A stretch of DNA of 64,000 bases from Hydrolagus colliei (taxonomy: Eukaryota): the NCBI GenBank assembly GCA_035084275.1, contig CM068750.1:12834001-12898000 (forward strand), in the 5' to 3' direction. The position numbers and the translations under genes were made by a program. The notes beneath the pieces are model-generated. The model ran no database searches. It was not told the origin of the DNA and worked only from the letters and a program-made list of their open reading frames with translations. This document shows positions 26,727 through 39,702 of this stretch, in pieces (the stretch's first letter is position 1; each line of letters starts with the position of its first letter).

Positions 26727-27988
26727 GTATGAATGAAGAGTTCACCTCAAAGTTTAAGGTTTATCAAAAGACAATTCCTTAACAATGCTGTTTTCATTAC
26801 AAGCATAGTTTAGATTTGTAGACCTTGATTGATTTTATACATTACAACATTAAGTCTTCTCATACTTTCATAATCAGGCATTTAATTTTTTAAATAAATG
26901 ACCTGATGCAGGGGAACCTCATTATAGCAACCTTTAATGGTACGTTTCCTCATTTATAGGATGTGTTACTGTGGATCTAGATTAATTATATAACCAGCTA
27001 AAAAAAAAAGACTTTCAGGTCTTTATGTTTCCCTGACATGCAGCCACATTATAAATAAGGTGCTGAAAAAAAACAGTCAACCGATATGTTAGGTTACCAC
27101 TGTTTGTGCGCTTGGCTCTGCATGGGAAGCACTGTTAACTAACTAATGTTACTTCCTTTGCAAAGAGTTGTTAGTAGTGATTCTTGTGTATGAGGTGTGA
27201 CAGGCAAGAAGGGATTATTGATAATCCCTTGGGAAAAAAACATGAATAAACTGGTCATCTCAATCCACAACGGTTTGTGGGACACTGCTGTATGCGATTG
27301 GCTGCCACGTTTCACCATTATTAATATTATAATATAACATGGCCACTGGCTTTGACCAGGATGATTACAGCTACAAATACATTTATCTGCAGTAATTATC
27401 TGGGACATTTGCAGTAACTAATTGGTCAATTTTACAATTTAATTTTGACTTGGAAAGAGAAAATTTGCAAGATTCTATGTGTAAAACTAAATAACTATTT
27501 ACAAAGTTCACCAAAAATAAGCAACTGGTAAAATCATTTTGATTGAATTTTATAAATGCAATTGATTTTTTTTCTGAGAGGAAGAGTTATGCATTATGCA
27601 CTCATTTTTTAAAGATATATTTCTTCACCTGAACACTTCTGCATTATTAAATGGGTACATGAGTTGCTTCTTGTAGTTCTTGCTTCTTGAGTTGCTTCAT
27701 GTCGGGACGTCCTCCCGACGTGAAAGGCGCTATACAAATGTAATTTTGTTGTTGTTGTTTTTATAATGTATTAAAGGCTTTGGTTTTTTTTGCCTTCATA
27801 TCTATATATTGTTTAAAATTTGTTGCATATATAAAATATGTTAATATGATCATGCTACCCTAACTTTGTAGAGTGCCATTAACCCACTTTGATACGTATA
27901 AAGGTGGTAATTCGAGGTATTCCTATCCTGTGAAAATCTCTACCTTATATCAAAGTGATTATTTTCATTGTTTTATTTTCCCCTTTAG

Positions 27989-28019
27989 ATCATTAAATGT
28001 CAGTTCTGTATATCAAAAG
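27989..28019 (+). CDS. RALGAPA1: RALGAPA1 alternative 31-nt micro-exon giving a short C-terminus (D-H-stop)
   Basis: Strong pyrimidine tract + ctttag|ATCATTAA...AAAAG|gtaaga; G|AT CAT TAA in phase with the previous exon. Confidence 0.8.
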
Positions 28020-28559
28020 GTAAGATTCAGTGAGAAAGCCTATGTTCAGGTGACTGTCCTACCAGAGCACTAAACTCGTAACAGTTTAAACCAGCCTTTC
28101 TGATGCTCTGTTCATACTAAAATGACATTTTCCAAGTGCTTTATTAGAGTATTGTCTTTGACTAAAGAGTTTACTAACCCCAGGTCTGCACGTGTTACTA
28201 ACCATTCAACCGGAATGTGTTTTAACAGCAGTTGAAACTGATTTCAACAAATAACCTCTCTATGCGGTGTTATTTTTTCCTCTCGCATGAACCAGAAGTA
28301 ATAGCACCAATGTATCTGTTGTACTATGTGTTCTGTATTGTTTGGCACTGATGTCAGCAGCAAAAATTCTCCACTCTGGAAGTAAAAGTAAATCTTCAGA
28401 TGCAATAAAATCCAAATTAAACAGGAAAATCAGACTACAGTGTTAAAATTTGACAAGAACATTACACTTTAGTGAGCTATTTATTATAAGAATTGTTAAC
28501 TGTGCATTTTGTACTCAAGTCGCACTTCCTGTAATGACTACTTTATTCTGATTTGCATT

Positions 28560-28950
28560 TGAAAAATATCGCCAACATCTCTCAAAGTGCTTCTTAGTTT
28601 TTCTGTAAAGTTTAGTGTCTGTGTGTATTTCTAGGTAAACTTACTAAGCAGTGTAATGAATATGAATGGTCCACAAGCAGCATTGAAGTGAAAGACTCAT
28701 CTTATCAAGAGATTATCACCAAGAGAAACTCTTCTGTTTTTGAACCAAATGATTGGATATTTTATAACATCTACCTGAACAGCCAGGTGGGATCTTGGTT
28801 TAACATCTATGCAAAGGATGAGACTTTCAACAGTGCAGTGCTCTTCCTATATAGAGTATCAGCCTAGACAATGAGCTCAAAATCCAACGTGGAGATTTCA
28901 ATCCACAACCCTCTGACTCAGACAATGAGTGCTTCCAATTGAGACAGGCT
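28560..28950 (-). mobile_element. Deu-domain SINE relic
   Basis: catctacctgaacagcc..ttggtttaacatct..cagtgcagtgctc..tcagcctagacaatgagctcaa; homologous to 45640-45990. Confidence 0.65.
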
Positions 28951-29728
28951 GTAGGGGCTTAACCTGAAGGAATTTCTTGGAGATAAATGTGTCAGAACCA
29001 CTTGGTTGCAATTGCTTTACAATTTCGTACCTTAAATGTCACTTTTAGTTTTGAAATTAATCAACATTCGTTTATTATAAAAACTTACGGCTGAACTCAG
29101 TTATTAAAGACATTGGCAAGGATTTCCCTCTGATAATTAGCCATCATGTCACTTTTTTTTCCAAACGTGGGTTCAAACAAGCAGGTTGTCACTTGACTCC
29201 TGTGGTGTGTCTTATTTTTCTGTCTCTCTTCCTCAATTTAAGGTTGTCATCTTTTACAGAGAGTAGTTTCCTGTACTGCAAGTATAATCAAGTCTATTTC
29301 AGTACCAAATAGTCTCTTCAGAAAATCTGCTGTGGAAATTATTTCCACGATTTCCCATTAGGTTTAGTGGCATGATCTATGTATTTGCATGTCACAGGAA
29401 TAGAGGTAGGGGATTCAACCTGTTTTATCTGCACCATTCCTATGGTAATTCTTCAAATTCCCAGTTCTTATCCTTAATCGATGTTTGAATTTGGGAGGTT
29501 CATTGTGAACTGAGCAGTCTAAAAGAGGTATTGCCATTGTGAAGAATGAGAACATGATTGATTGTGCGTAGCCTTAAACCAGCATGTCCTCTGCCAGCAC
29601 TAATATCTGAAATAGCAAAAAATCAGCAAAGTTATTGAAGCTAATTCACTGTGCAAATTAAACTTTAAAAGGTGGTTCCATCTCCAATTTTGATGGAATG
29701 CTGTAACAGTTTACTGTAATCTAATCTA

Positions 29729-29808
29729 CTCCAATCTACATAAATTCTTCTACTTGATAATGGGTAAGTCTACCCGTTATCAAGTAGAACAACGTATGTA
29801 GATTGGAG
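29729..29808. repeat. Inverted repeat, 38-bp arms, 4-nt loop
   Basis: ctccaatctacataaattcttctacttgataatgggta-agtc-tacccgttatcaagtagaacaacgtatgtagattggag; 34/38 complementary. Confidence 0.9.
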
Positions 29809-32800
29809 ACTTGCTCTCAGGATGCTAGGAGATGTGAGAAGTGACGAGGGAACGTAGTTGTGGGAAAGTTTAGTGCAAATATAATCGATGTTGGAATTAA
29901 CTATCCTTGAAAAATTATCATTATATTACAGAAATATATGAGCTCGGAATGCTGCTCATGAAGAAAACATTATTTTGTCATTTTGGCCATTCCTTAATCT
30001 AATAAATCTGATCCTGTTGTGTATTCTCTCTACCATCGATCCATAGAGCAATCACAAAGCGCAGACTACCAGGATAATTCAAATTGGTCTTCCATAATTC
30101 CTTCTGAAGAATCAACTCATAGTTGTACCATACAGGGAGGATTTACTTTTCCAATCTGGCAATATTGGCTGGCCAACTTTCAGCTAATGGCCTGGTTATG
30201 GAGAAGAACAGATGGAATGCCCAGAGGCTTATCACTGCAATTGATTGATGCATTAGAGTTTTAAGCCTACTTCTCAGAAGGTTTATAAGAGCAAGTGGAA
30301 AATATTTGCAATAAAGTACATAGAAAGAGAAGTTTTAATGTGGCATCTTCAGGATCCCAGCCTTTTTCATCTGTAGAGCTTCATCACACTTCATGTAGTC
30401 ATGTATACATTACATTGCTTGTATGTGGGGGGGAAAAAAAGCTTTGATCAAAGTATTTCCAAAACAAAGATTTGTCATTATAAAATCTACCCTCCATTGC
30501 AATTAGTTTAGAAGGAGAGATCCCGCTTTTCAAACGAAGGATCATTTGTTTTTCAGTTATCAATCTTCACATAAAATTGGATATTCCAGCAGCTGCTCAG
30601 TGAAAAGGAACCAAAGGATCCTGCCCTTTTAAGCTTTCATACAAAAGCCTCTTTGCCACTCAAACATTTGTCTAACTTCATTTTTGAGCACATTCTCAGA
30701 TTTCTCATGTCAGGTACATATTCAACCCTGGTTAACAAAGCACCTTCTTTATCAAAAATAATTGGGAATGAAATCTTGATTAATAACTGTATTCATAGAG
30801 TAGGTTCAGATGGCATTTCTAACACTGATTATCCTCCAGCAATCACAATAGTAGGTTACTGTTCAAGAACCAGTTGATAAGGAAACTGCTGAGAGAAGAG
30901 AGTCCCTTGGGCTTTTGATGGGAGCCATCACAATTCTCCTAGCAGATGGCTGATTTTTTTCCCCCCTACAGTTATAGTATCAGGAACCCGTATCCAGTAA
31001 AGGTCTGACCAAGTTTGGTCATCTGACGCCCATCTGTATTTTCTCTTGTCAGTCTTGGCATACTCCTATTTGTTTGAAGAGATTAGGAATGATTTTTTGA
31101 TTAAAATTTTTTTTTAATAATGAAGTCATCCTCAGTCTTTAAATGCTATGCAGTAGCCATTTGCAAAATTTCCTGCTTTCCACCTCAATCCTCAGTTCCA
31201 TGTTCAACCTGTTGTGATGGAACTTCTAGGATTTAAAATGTAAAGTACATTGTGTAACGTACTCGTACATGAAGAATGTACTATATTTGAAGAATGAGAA
31301 AGATATCCTGTTTGCCCAATGGAACAGCTGTCACTTTAAGGGCTAGTTTAAAACTTGACTTGGACAAAGCATCCACAAAGGTCCTGTAGTTCCTTCCCTT
31401 TGATGGATATGATTGATATTTACATGTAACACAATGCCGTACAACTTCCAAACATGTTATTTTTATTATTTTTTTGGCTGTAGAAAGAGGCAGCTGGACT
31501 AGATCGAACACACAAAGCCATACGTGCTATTAACTATCGATTGTTAAATTACTGCTCTGTAAATTATTTGTACTTCCTGCCTGCTTTTACGTGTACAAAA
31601 TATAAGTGGGTTCCAAGGTTGATCTCTTCATTATTCCTTTATTTCAATCATTCTAATCAAAAAGGTCTAAGAGGGTTCTAATATATAAAGCGGAAAGAAC
31701 AGACCTTAATCTGCCTTGAAAATGATTCGAGGATTTTGTCTCTGTTGATGATACCTGGAGTGCCCTATTGTATGTAGAAGATAAATAAATTTGAAGCGTA
31801 ATGCCTGTTTCACCTATAGGTGAGTAATTTTCAGGAGGATTGCATTTATGGTCTAATCGGTTGATGGAGGAACAATTGACCAAAACTTTATTTGGGGTGG
31901 GGGGGGCTCTTGAGTAGATGTAACTATTGTTTTGTATCACATACAGAGATTATCTGTTTTTATGTATAATGCAATAGAGTTTTCCTTATGATTGTTATTT
32001 AACATTTTTCTTAGTAAATTCCATTGAACGCACAAATCGCACCCTTTAATTTTAATGAATCTTCTTTGTAGCATCGAGGATAAATTAAAATATCCCATTT
32101 GTTGCTGCGACCATTAGTAGTGTCGTCCTAATTCCGAATTTTCCATGAAAAAATAGTCTTTACTCTGGTTTTACAATAAGGGAGCATTTAATAATTGAAA
32201 TGGCACAATTTTTCATGGAATATTTAACATTATTCAAGGTAAGTATATGTCCCTAAATATAAATGTATTCCATACTGTACATCTGTAGTTGTTGATCGTG
32301 TGTTTAAGATGTGTACAAGTCCAGGCCAGTGAGAAGTGGCATGAGGAATCTGGTCATTATCTCCTCTGTACATTTAATGATATCCTGCAACCTCAATATT
32401 TGTGTGTCATATCTTTCTCACTTTTCTGCTTTTTCTGTCCTATTCACTTTTTTGCTTCATTTTCTTCATTTTAAAGAAAGAAATGCTGTGATATTTCTTC
32501 TTCTTCCCAAACCTCCACTAGAAAACATTGGCCTCATCAAGGTAAAGGGCAAAGGCTTGAAACGGAAGGTCTTTCACGCTAGCTATGAATGGTATGCTGT
32601 GCAAAATTTTAAAAAACACTTCCTTCGGCCTTTCTTTTCTAGATCCTAAATTTGCTTGCGGTAACTAAGCCTTTTTGGTTTCACTTCCTTTGTAAAACGG
32701 GAACAAGATGATATTTCTAAAATTCCAATTATGCTTTTTAAACTATTATTCAGTCCAAATAACAAATAATTATTTAATTTGGATTGCAGAGGACCTTGAG

Positions 32801-33899
32801 CAGTGTTGAACAGTGTAAAATATTGAATTATGTCAAGTTAAACTATTCTCTTGCTAGGGTGGTTGAATCAACATTACATTTTGGATCAATTGAAAATTAA
32901 ATTCCGTAGCTTAGATGTATGTGTCTTATATGGCGTGTGTAACTGTGTTCATAGTTGTGAGGTATTCCAAATTGAACTTGACTCCATGTAAACTGTATTT
33001 AACATACCAGATTCTAGTAATTGACACACAATTGATTAGATTTTTAAGTCATAACTCATAATTCTAAGTTAACTTCACCACTTAGTTTAATTTAGGTATT
33101 AAATGAAATCATCCTGCAGATTCAGTCAAGCTTCCACATGCTTTGAATATGTTCTAAATGTGCAGTAGCAAGTGTAAAGTCCAGTGTCGTGTGTACTAGA
33201 CTGGTCGTGCTTCAGCTGGTTTAGTATTTTTATTTTATGCATTTTAAAAGCATGGTTTTATTAACATCGGCATGTTCCATTGTTAAATGTTTTTTGGATT
33301 CTTTGGTCTTTCGTCTTCTGTATTTCCATCCTTTTCTACTTTTGAGGGGAGGGAAGAGAAAAGGGAAAGAAAACCTTTGCAACTTAATCACAATGATACA
33401 GTACGTAAGGTGCTGTCTGAATTTTATTTATTAATGATTTCTGCTGACATACAGAGCATTATAAAGCAAAATAGCTGTTTCTTATGTTTTCACTGAACCA
33501 GAACGGGTCCACTTGACACTACATAGTTATTGGCTAACACCAAATGAGTGAATGCCTTGTTTTTTTTTCACTTTTCTGGGTGTGGACTGAAGCAATTGGA
33601 TTGTTCACCTAATGTAATGTATGCTTTACCAGTTTGTTTTTGGAGTGCATTACCTTGTTCCTTTTACAATGGAATTTTGAAAGTAAACTACAAGTTAGCC
33701 GTTTTTAATGTAATTTCAATAAATGCTTCAGCTGGTCAAAAAAAACACAACTTTTTTAAAAAAAACTTGTAAAAATATTTAATGTGACAACCAGACAATT
33801 AGGACTTTTTTTTATTTATAAAGAGCGGTGATTATTTGGAGAAATCACAAGGCCATATTGTGAAAAATTAATGGTGCATCCAATTTCCCTGTCTTGCAG

Positions 33900-34048
33900 G
33901 CTTATGCCCAGAGAGTCAGCGGGCCGAAAGTCCTGCAGCACAGGGAGCGGACGGGATCGACTTAGCCTCTCCAATGTCACCTCGTGCTAGCAAAAGTCGT
34001 ATGTCTATGAAACTGCGTCGTTCTTCTGGTTCAGCTAATAAATCTTAG
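33900..34048 (+). CDS. RALGAPA1: RALGAPA1 terminal coding exon (long isoform)
   Basis: ttgcag|; (G)LCPESQRAESPAAQGADGIDLASPMSPRASKSRMSMKLRRSSGSANKS*; this C-terminus identifies the alpha-1 paralog. Confidence 0.92.
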
Positions 34049-35280
34049 TGGCCACATTACCAACAAAGAATTGCGCTTTTATTCATCAGAACTAGCCATA
34101 AATCCATGCTGAATTTTTTTTATTACTTTGCTCCTTAATCCAAATGTTTTGTATCTTGCTAATCTATGTCTGCCACTCCATGTGTAGTTCAAATTTGTTC
34201 CCCTAAGCTATTTTTTTATTAAGAACACTGGAGTTCTATTTTTAGCTTATGAAAATATGTATTTTAACAATCTGCTTAGTTGTGCACTGTGACTGCTCTG
34301 CACCCACTTGATTACGTATCTATTTACTGCACTTTTAACCATAATTGCTATTATCTAAAGCATTCTCTTGTCCAGTTGCATTTGGCCAGTTAAACTGAAT
34401 GGCTCATTAGTTATTGGGCATAATCCCTAGGAAATTATGATGGCAGTCTTGCTTTGCTGTACATTGTGTAGTTTGTACATACTTTTGATTTTCACTAGGA
34501 ACGTTTCAGATTATTTGTGCACCAATTCAGGAATGTATAGTACTTTTTTCAGTTTCTATGTAGATGTAAAATTGTGTTAAGAATATATTCATCAAATCAA
34601 TCTTATGGCACAAAACATGTACAGAATATTTTCATTTTAAATTATACAGTATGAACTTTCCAAGAATGTAAATGGTCTCTTAACATTTCAGCCATAAGAA
34701 CGTCATTTTATGGGGAATATTAATCTTCCTCAGGATGAAAGCATATAAACTTGCATTTATTTGAAACACTGACATATCATATGAATAATCGACAAATATG
34801 ACACTGACAATGCAGCAGCGTTACACTATTTACCTTGTGCATGGCTTGCGATCAAGAAACTGATCTGATGAGAGGCAAGGTGAAAGTCATTGTTTGAACA
34901 TTTAAAAACTAGATCTATTTAGATATGGGCTCTTATAAGGCTTGCACTCCAAAATGTTTTTCAGTTTTCCATGATCTGTTCAATAAGGGGGATAAGGGAT
35001 CATTAAAAATGTATGACCAGTTGAACATGAGTCAACTTTAAATTGCTGAGTTGCAAAATAATGCACAATCCAGCTATTCAGATGTATTTTCCTACAAGGA
35101 AACATTATTCATATTTTGTAGGTGAATTGCAATGTTACAACTAACTGTATGTAGCATGATGTCAGTACTAACTGCATGTGTAAATATCATAGGAAGGTCA
35201 AATATATTATATGTATTGTCATTCATGTAGTTGTCTATAAGATTTGTAATGGCTGGAAAACGATGGCTGTTTAATAACAC

Positions 35281-35286
35281 AATAAA
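35281..35286 (+). terminator. Probable RALGAPA1 poly(A) signal
   Basis: First AATAAA I found after the stop codon, about 1.2 kb into an AT-rich UTR; later AATAAA copies exist, so usage is inferred. Confidence 0.5.
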
Positions 35287-36865
35287 AAATATTCTTACCA
35301 TGTCTAATTATGGAGATATTTATATATTTGCAAAATTCAAATGATTAAAAAAAGTCATCTTAAAGCATCAAAAGTGTTCACTGAATCTAAAAACACAGAC
35401 AAACATAGAAAAGCATGTAATACTAAAAGATCTGAGTTATTCATTCTACTGAACTTGTTTCGATAGATCAAGTGGAAACAAACCTTTTTTTATCATTTGT
35501 TTTATCCTGTTTTTCTTTTATTCTTCCCTTTTATTTCTCTCCTCCTGCTCTCCAAATTTAGATTTTTTTGGATGAGTGAGCAACCAGGTCTCCTGGACCT
35601 AGGTATCTGGGGGTTCTAGTTTGCAATTGACCACAAGCCATAATTGTAGGCTTAAAATTGACTTATTTTTGTGTATGTATGCGTGAATATATGTGTTTGT
35701 GTGTGAGAGAGAGAGAGAGAGTAACTGTTGCTTTTTGAAAGTATGAAACCTGCACTCTGTCCCATTCCATAATGTTCCAGTTCCGATCAAGAGATTCCAG
35801 GAAGGAAATTGCTAATATTAATCTGCATTGCATTCATCAATATTTTCTGGCATGTTGCAAGTTAGAGCAATTCATTCATGACTCAGATGGGGGCCTATTG
35901 TTTAAATGTTCGTAGAATTCATAAATAACTGCTCTTAGTTTAGACAGTACAAATTTCAATAAAATTGAATTTCATATTGGACCTTTCAATAATCTTTAGA
36001 AGTCATACAATTCCAGTCTGAAATTATTATGTAATGCCCTGTGGCAATAAGGGTGGAACAAGGCTCTGTTCATTTTCCAAATTTGTAATTCATATTTAAA
36101 ATGATGGATTATTAATCATGGACAGCTTGCAATCCAGGACCTCAATCAATGGAGCCTTATCAATGGAATGAAATCTAGGAAGAGGCTTGTGTATGGTATT
36201 TCCTTACATAACTCAATAAATGCCTCAAGTAATTCACTGCAAAGTAAAATTCCTGAATTTGTCATATAAAAAAATTATGCACATACTTTTATCTAACTAA
36301 ATTCTATGGATTTCCAACAACAGTGTTAGTAGAATATTACTGATCGCTTCCGTTTGCTTTTCAAGCACTCAGATTAAAAATCATTAGACAAAGACTAAGA
36401 TTTAACCTCTGAATTTGAAATGCTGACGTATTTACTTAGAATTGTTTTCAAAGTCTTTTTATATTCTCTCTGGAAAGTCTTTGGATATTCTTGATTTTGG
36501 TTTTCTTGCCTCTCCGTGATAAATGAACACCAGCAGTCAATTAGAAGAGGTGATTTAACAATGAGATGGTTATGGAGTGTTCGACATCAAAGATCCATCA
36601 CCACAATAAATAATAAATAATTAGCATGCAACTCTACATTGTCTGCCATAAGTACATCCAGATATATGATTTATCTGCTAAACCAGCACCTTTGGATGTC
36701 CTCCCAACATGAAAGACACCATGCAAATGTAATTTTGTTCTTGTTGTCTTCCACAGGTGATAAAACCAGGCAGACTTATTAGCAGGGTTCCATTCCAGTG
36801 CATATTCTTGAAGTTTGTTGGTTTTCCTAGGGACAATAATCTGATTAGTTAAAATGTTGTGTTTG

Positions 36866-37168
36866 TGGAGTCCTGTAGCTCAGTGGTTAGAGCACACGCC
36901 TTACAAGCAAGAGACTTGGGTTTGATTCCAGGCAGGGTAAAACCTGGGGCAAGTTTCCTTACTCCACACGCCTGTTAATAATCCTTCAAGAAAAAACAAA
37001 CAAATTGGTCATTTCAATCCTTGACTGTTTGTGGGACACTGCTGGGCGCAATTATCTGCCACATTTCATGCACAAATATACAGTCAATTCACTTTACATT
37101 CTGTGAAGCGTTTTGAGAAATCAAGAAGACGTGAAAAGCCCTATATCAAATACAAGTATTATCACTAT
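36866..37168 (+). mobile_element. tRNA-derived SINE, near full length
   Basis: Head TGGAGTCCTGTAGCTCAGTGGTTAGAGC (A-box), GGGTTTGATTCC (B-box), core GTGGGACACTGCTG, L2-like tail ending in TTA-type repeats; many copies in window. Confidence 0.85.
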
Positions 37169-37377
37169 TTTGATGCACCTTTTGGATATGTGATGTGGAT
37201 GTGGTCTTAAGTCAATTTAGAAAAGATGCTTGGCTTTGCTTTCCCTTCGATTTGGACTTCAGTTATTCTGTTACATCCTTTGTATTCCATACTGTGGGAT
37301 TTCTTGTGAAATATATGGGGTTATTCTCTCTTCTGTATTAAAAATTGATGATGCATTCAATATTTCAAGCATTTTTG

Positions 37378-37383
37378 TTTAAT
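37378..37383 (-). terminator. Candidate INSM2 poly(A) signal (ATTAAA on minus)
   Basis: tttaat on plus, at the end of a repeat-free AT-rich 2.3 kb stretch downstream of the INSM2 stop. Confidence 0.4.
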
Positions 37384-39532
37384 AAAATGTATGAAAATAG
37401 CTCAAACATGACATAAGCAGTATAAGAAAATACATAGAGTAGAAACTATTTTCACAAATATGAATTACCTAGCACACAAAATAAATATCTAGCGGTATAG
37501 AAATATATCACTTACATTAAAAGCTATTTTGGTACATTCTCACTATGTTCGGCACAAAACAAATAAGGTTGCAATACTGCAATCTTTACATATTAATATA
37601 GTACAAGGCAAATACATAATCATTTAAAGTCAACATAAATATATTTAGTTTTTGTTTTAAAATACAGATTGCAATACGGGTATTTGTGTATCATTTTAAC
37701 ATTATGCAGGTTATACCAAAATGACAATCAGTGGAGAAATTCTACTTATAATGTGGACAACAGTCGATAAGTATTCTGTTAATACATCTTGAAAGGGAGT
37801 ATTTTTCCCAAGCTTAGAACAAACATTGTACGATAGTTACATAACAGGAACATTTGGATTAAGGAAACATTTTGTTCCATACATGGATTCTTGATAGTAC
37901 AAGGCTTCTCGATATATCTTCACCATTTTAAAACTTTTGTACAACATACCCCAGTCAACCAACAGGGCAAACAAGCAAAGGTTTGGGTCAATGCTGCCAT
38001 ATACTAGTTAATATAATACAAAGGCTTAGAGGGAACATTGGTCAATCCACCCTTTATTTATTTGCCTCTCTTCAGCTGAGCTGCCTCTAACAGACCAATT
38101 TGCAGCAGAAGCTCAACATCTAGGAATTGAATACAGGTGTGCAAGGCCTATTCTACCATGAATACACTTGTTTACAACCATTTGTATTCACTCCTGCACT
38201 CACCTAAGTTAAATCTTTTGCTGGGGGAAATACATAGTTGTTTATAATTTGACGAACAAATGTACTAGTATTTAGTAGTACTCATCCTGTTTCTTTAGTA
38301 GGAAATAGTCAGCGGTTGATCTTTTATACTAATACTTTAATTGAAAATAATAAATCGCATGTCGGGAAGATAGGTCCATAGAGGCGGGTGTTCCTGAACA
38401 AACAATGTGAAATAACATTAGATATGAAACCTATATTGTAGGTGCTGCGGCAAACCAGAGCAGTGAGATTAGGATTGTAAACAAGTGGCGTGTTTGATTA
38501 TAATTGTCAGTGTTTTATGTTCCTGGTGAAACTTTCCCACAGAAGAGACCAGTTCAGATATTGCGCTGACAGCGGCTGAAATGATGCCTAGATGTTTGGT
38601 CAAAAACACGTGTACAGCAGAGAAGACCCGCATTGACATTAGTATTCACAGCATTCAATGTTAGATTAGGTTATTTGCAAAACGTGCGTGGATTTTGAAT
38701 GCAACTCGCTGGCGACGCATGGAATTCAATAACACGTAGTAAATACTTGTTTGTGGACTGGAATGTGTGGGAATAACATCAAGATTGGTAAAGTAATGAA
38801 GCCAAGCCAAGAACGGGATAGTGAGAGAACATGGGGTGTCTGGGGTGATGAGGGAATGAATGGGAAAGTTATGTTACTGAGGTACCGATCCACATTTGAG
38901 CATGTATTTCTGTTTTGAAAGATCACATCGCGAGATTGGTTACAGGGATGAATTTAAAGTTCACCATTGAATTACATCCCCAAAGGTGTTGTGGGGGATA
39001 ATACATCCATAAATGCCCAGGTACACAAACAATAGGACTTTAATTGCATAATTTAGGTAACCGATGTTAGATCGAATCCCATTTTTCTTTACGATAGACC
39101 GAAAGTGTAACTATTTGAAATCCAAATCCTCACTCTTGTTTCCATCTCACAAATGACCTAAGAATTCACAGCATTTTTAAACAGTGCGACCTTGCAGCCA
39201 AACAACAGAATCAACTGAACATAGCGTGTTAGCTTTTACTTTGGTAACATTCAATCGTAATTGTTAAATCCCAATGTATATCCTGTGTATAAATTAAGGA
39301 ACTCGTGGTAATGTTAACATTTATCAAGGCAATGTCTCCTGTATCAACAAACCGTGTCTGGGAAGGGGTGGTGGGTGGATTTGGGGGTAAATTTAGCTAA
39401 TTATTTTAGGGAGTGCATTTGGTCTAAATAACAAAGGAGCAATGGCTAGTGGCAATTTTGCAAACATTCATTCTCTCATTTCATTTTTCTTTTATCGGAA
39501 TCTAGGGGAGATCCAATGTCAAATTCCACGTT

Positions 39533-39561
39533 GGGGGGGTGGGGGGGGGGGGGGGGGGGGG
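39533..39561. repeat. Poly-G run (poly-C in INSM2 3' UTR)
   Basis: G7-T-G21. Confidence 0.85.
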
Positions 39562-39702
39562 TGAGGGTGATAATTTCGTCGTAAGAAGTTTAAGAAAACT
39601 CCCAGTTTGTTTAATTGAAAAAATAAAACAAAATAATTATATTTTAAAAGGGCCAGGAAGGAGAGAGTGGAGACTCTGCCAACTGTGTGAACTGTACAGT
39701 GT

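Noticed and set aside
34037-34042. AATAAA inside the last coding exon
   Set aside because: Explained by Asn-Lys codons; no supporting evidence of use
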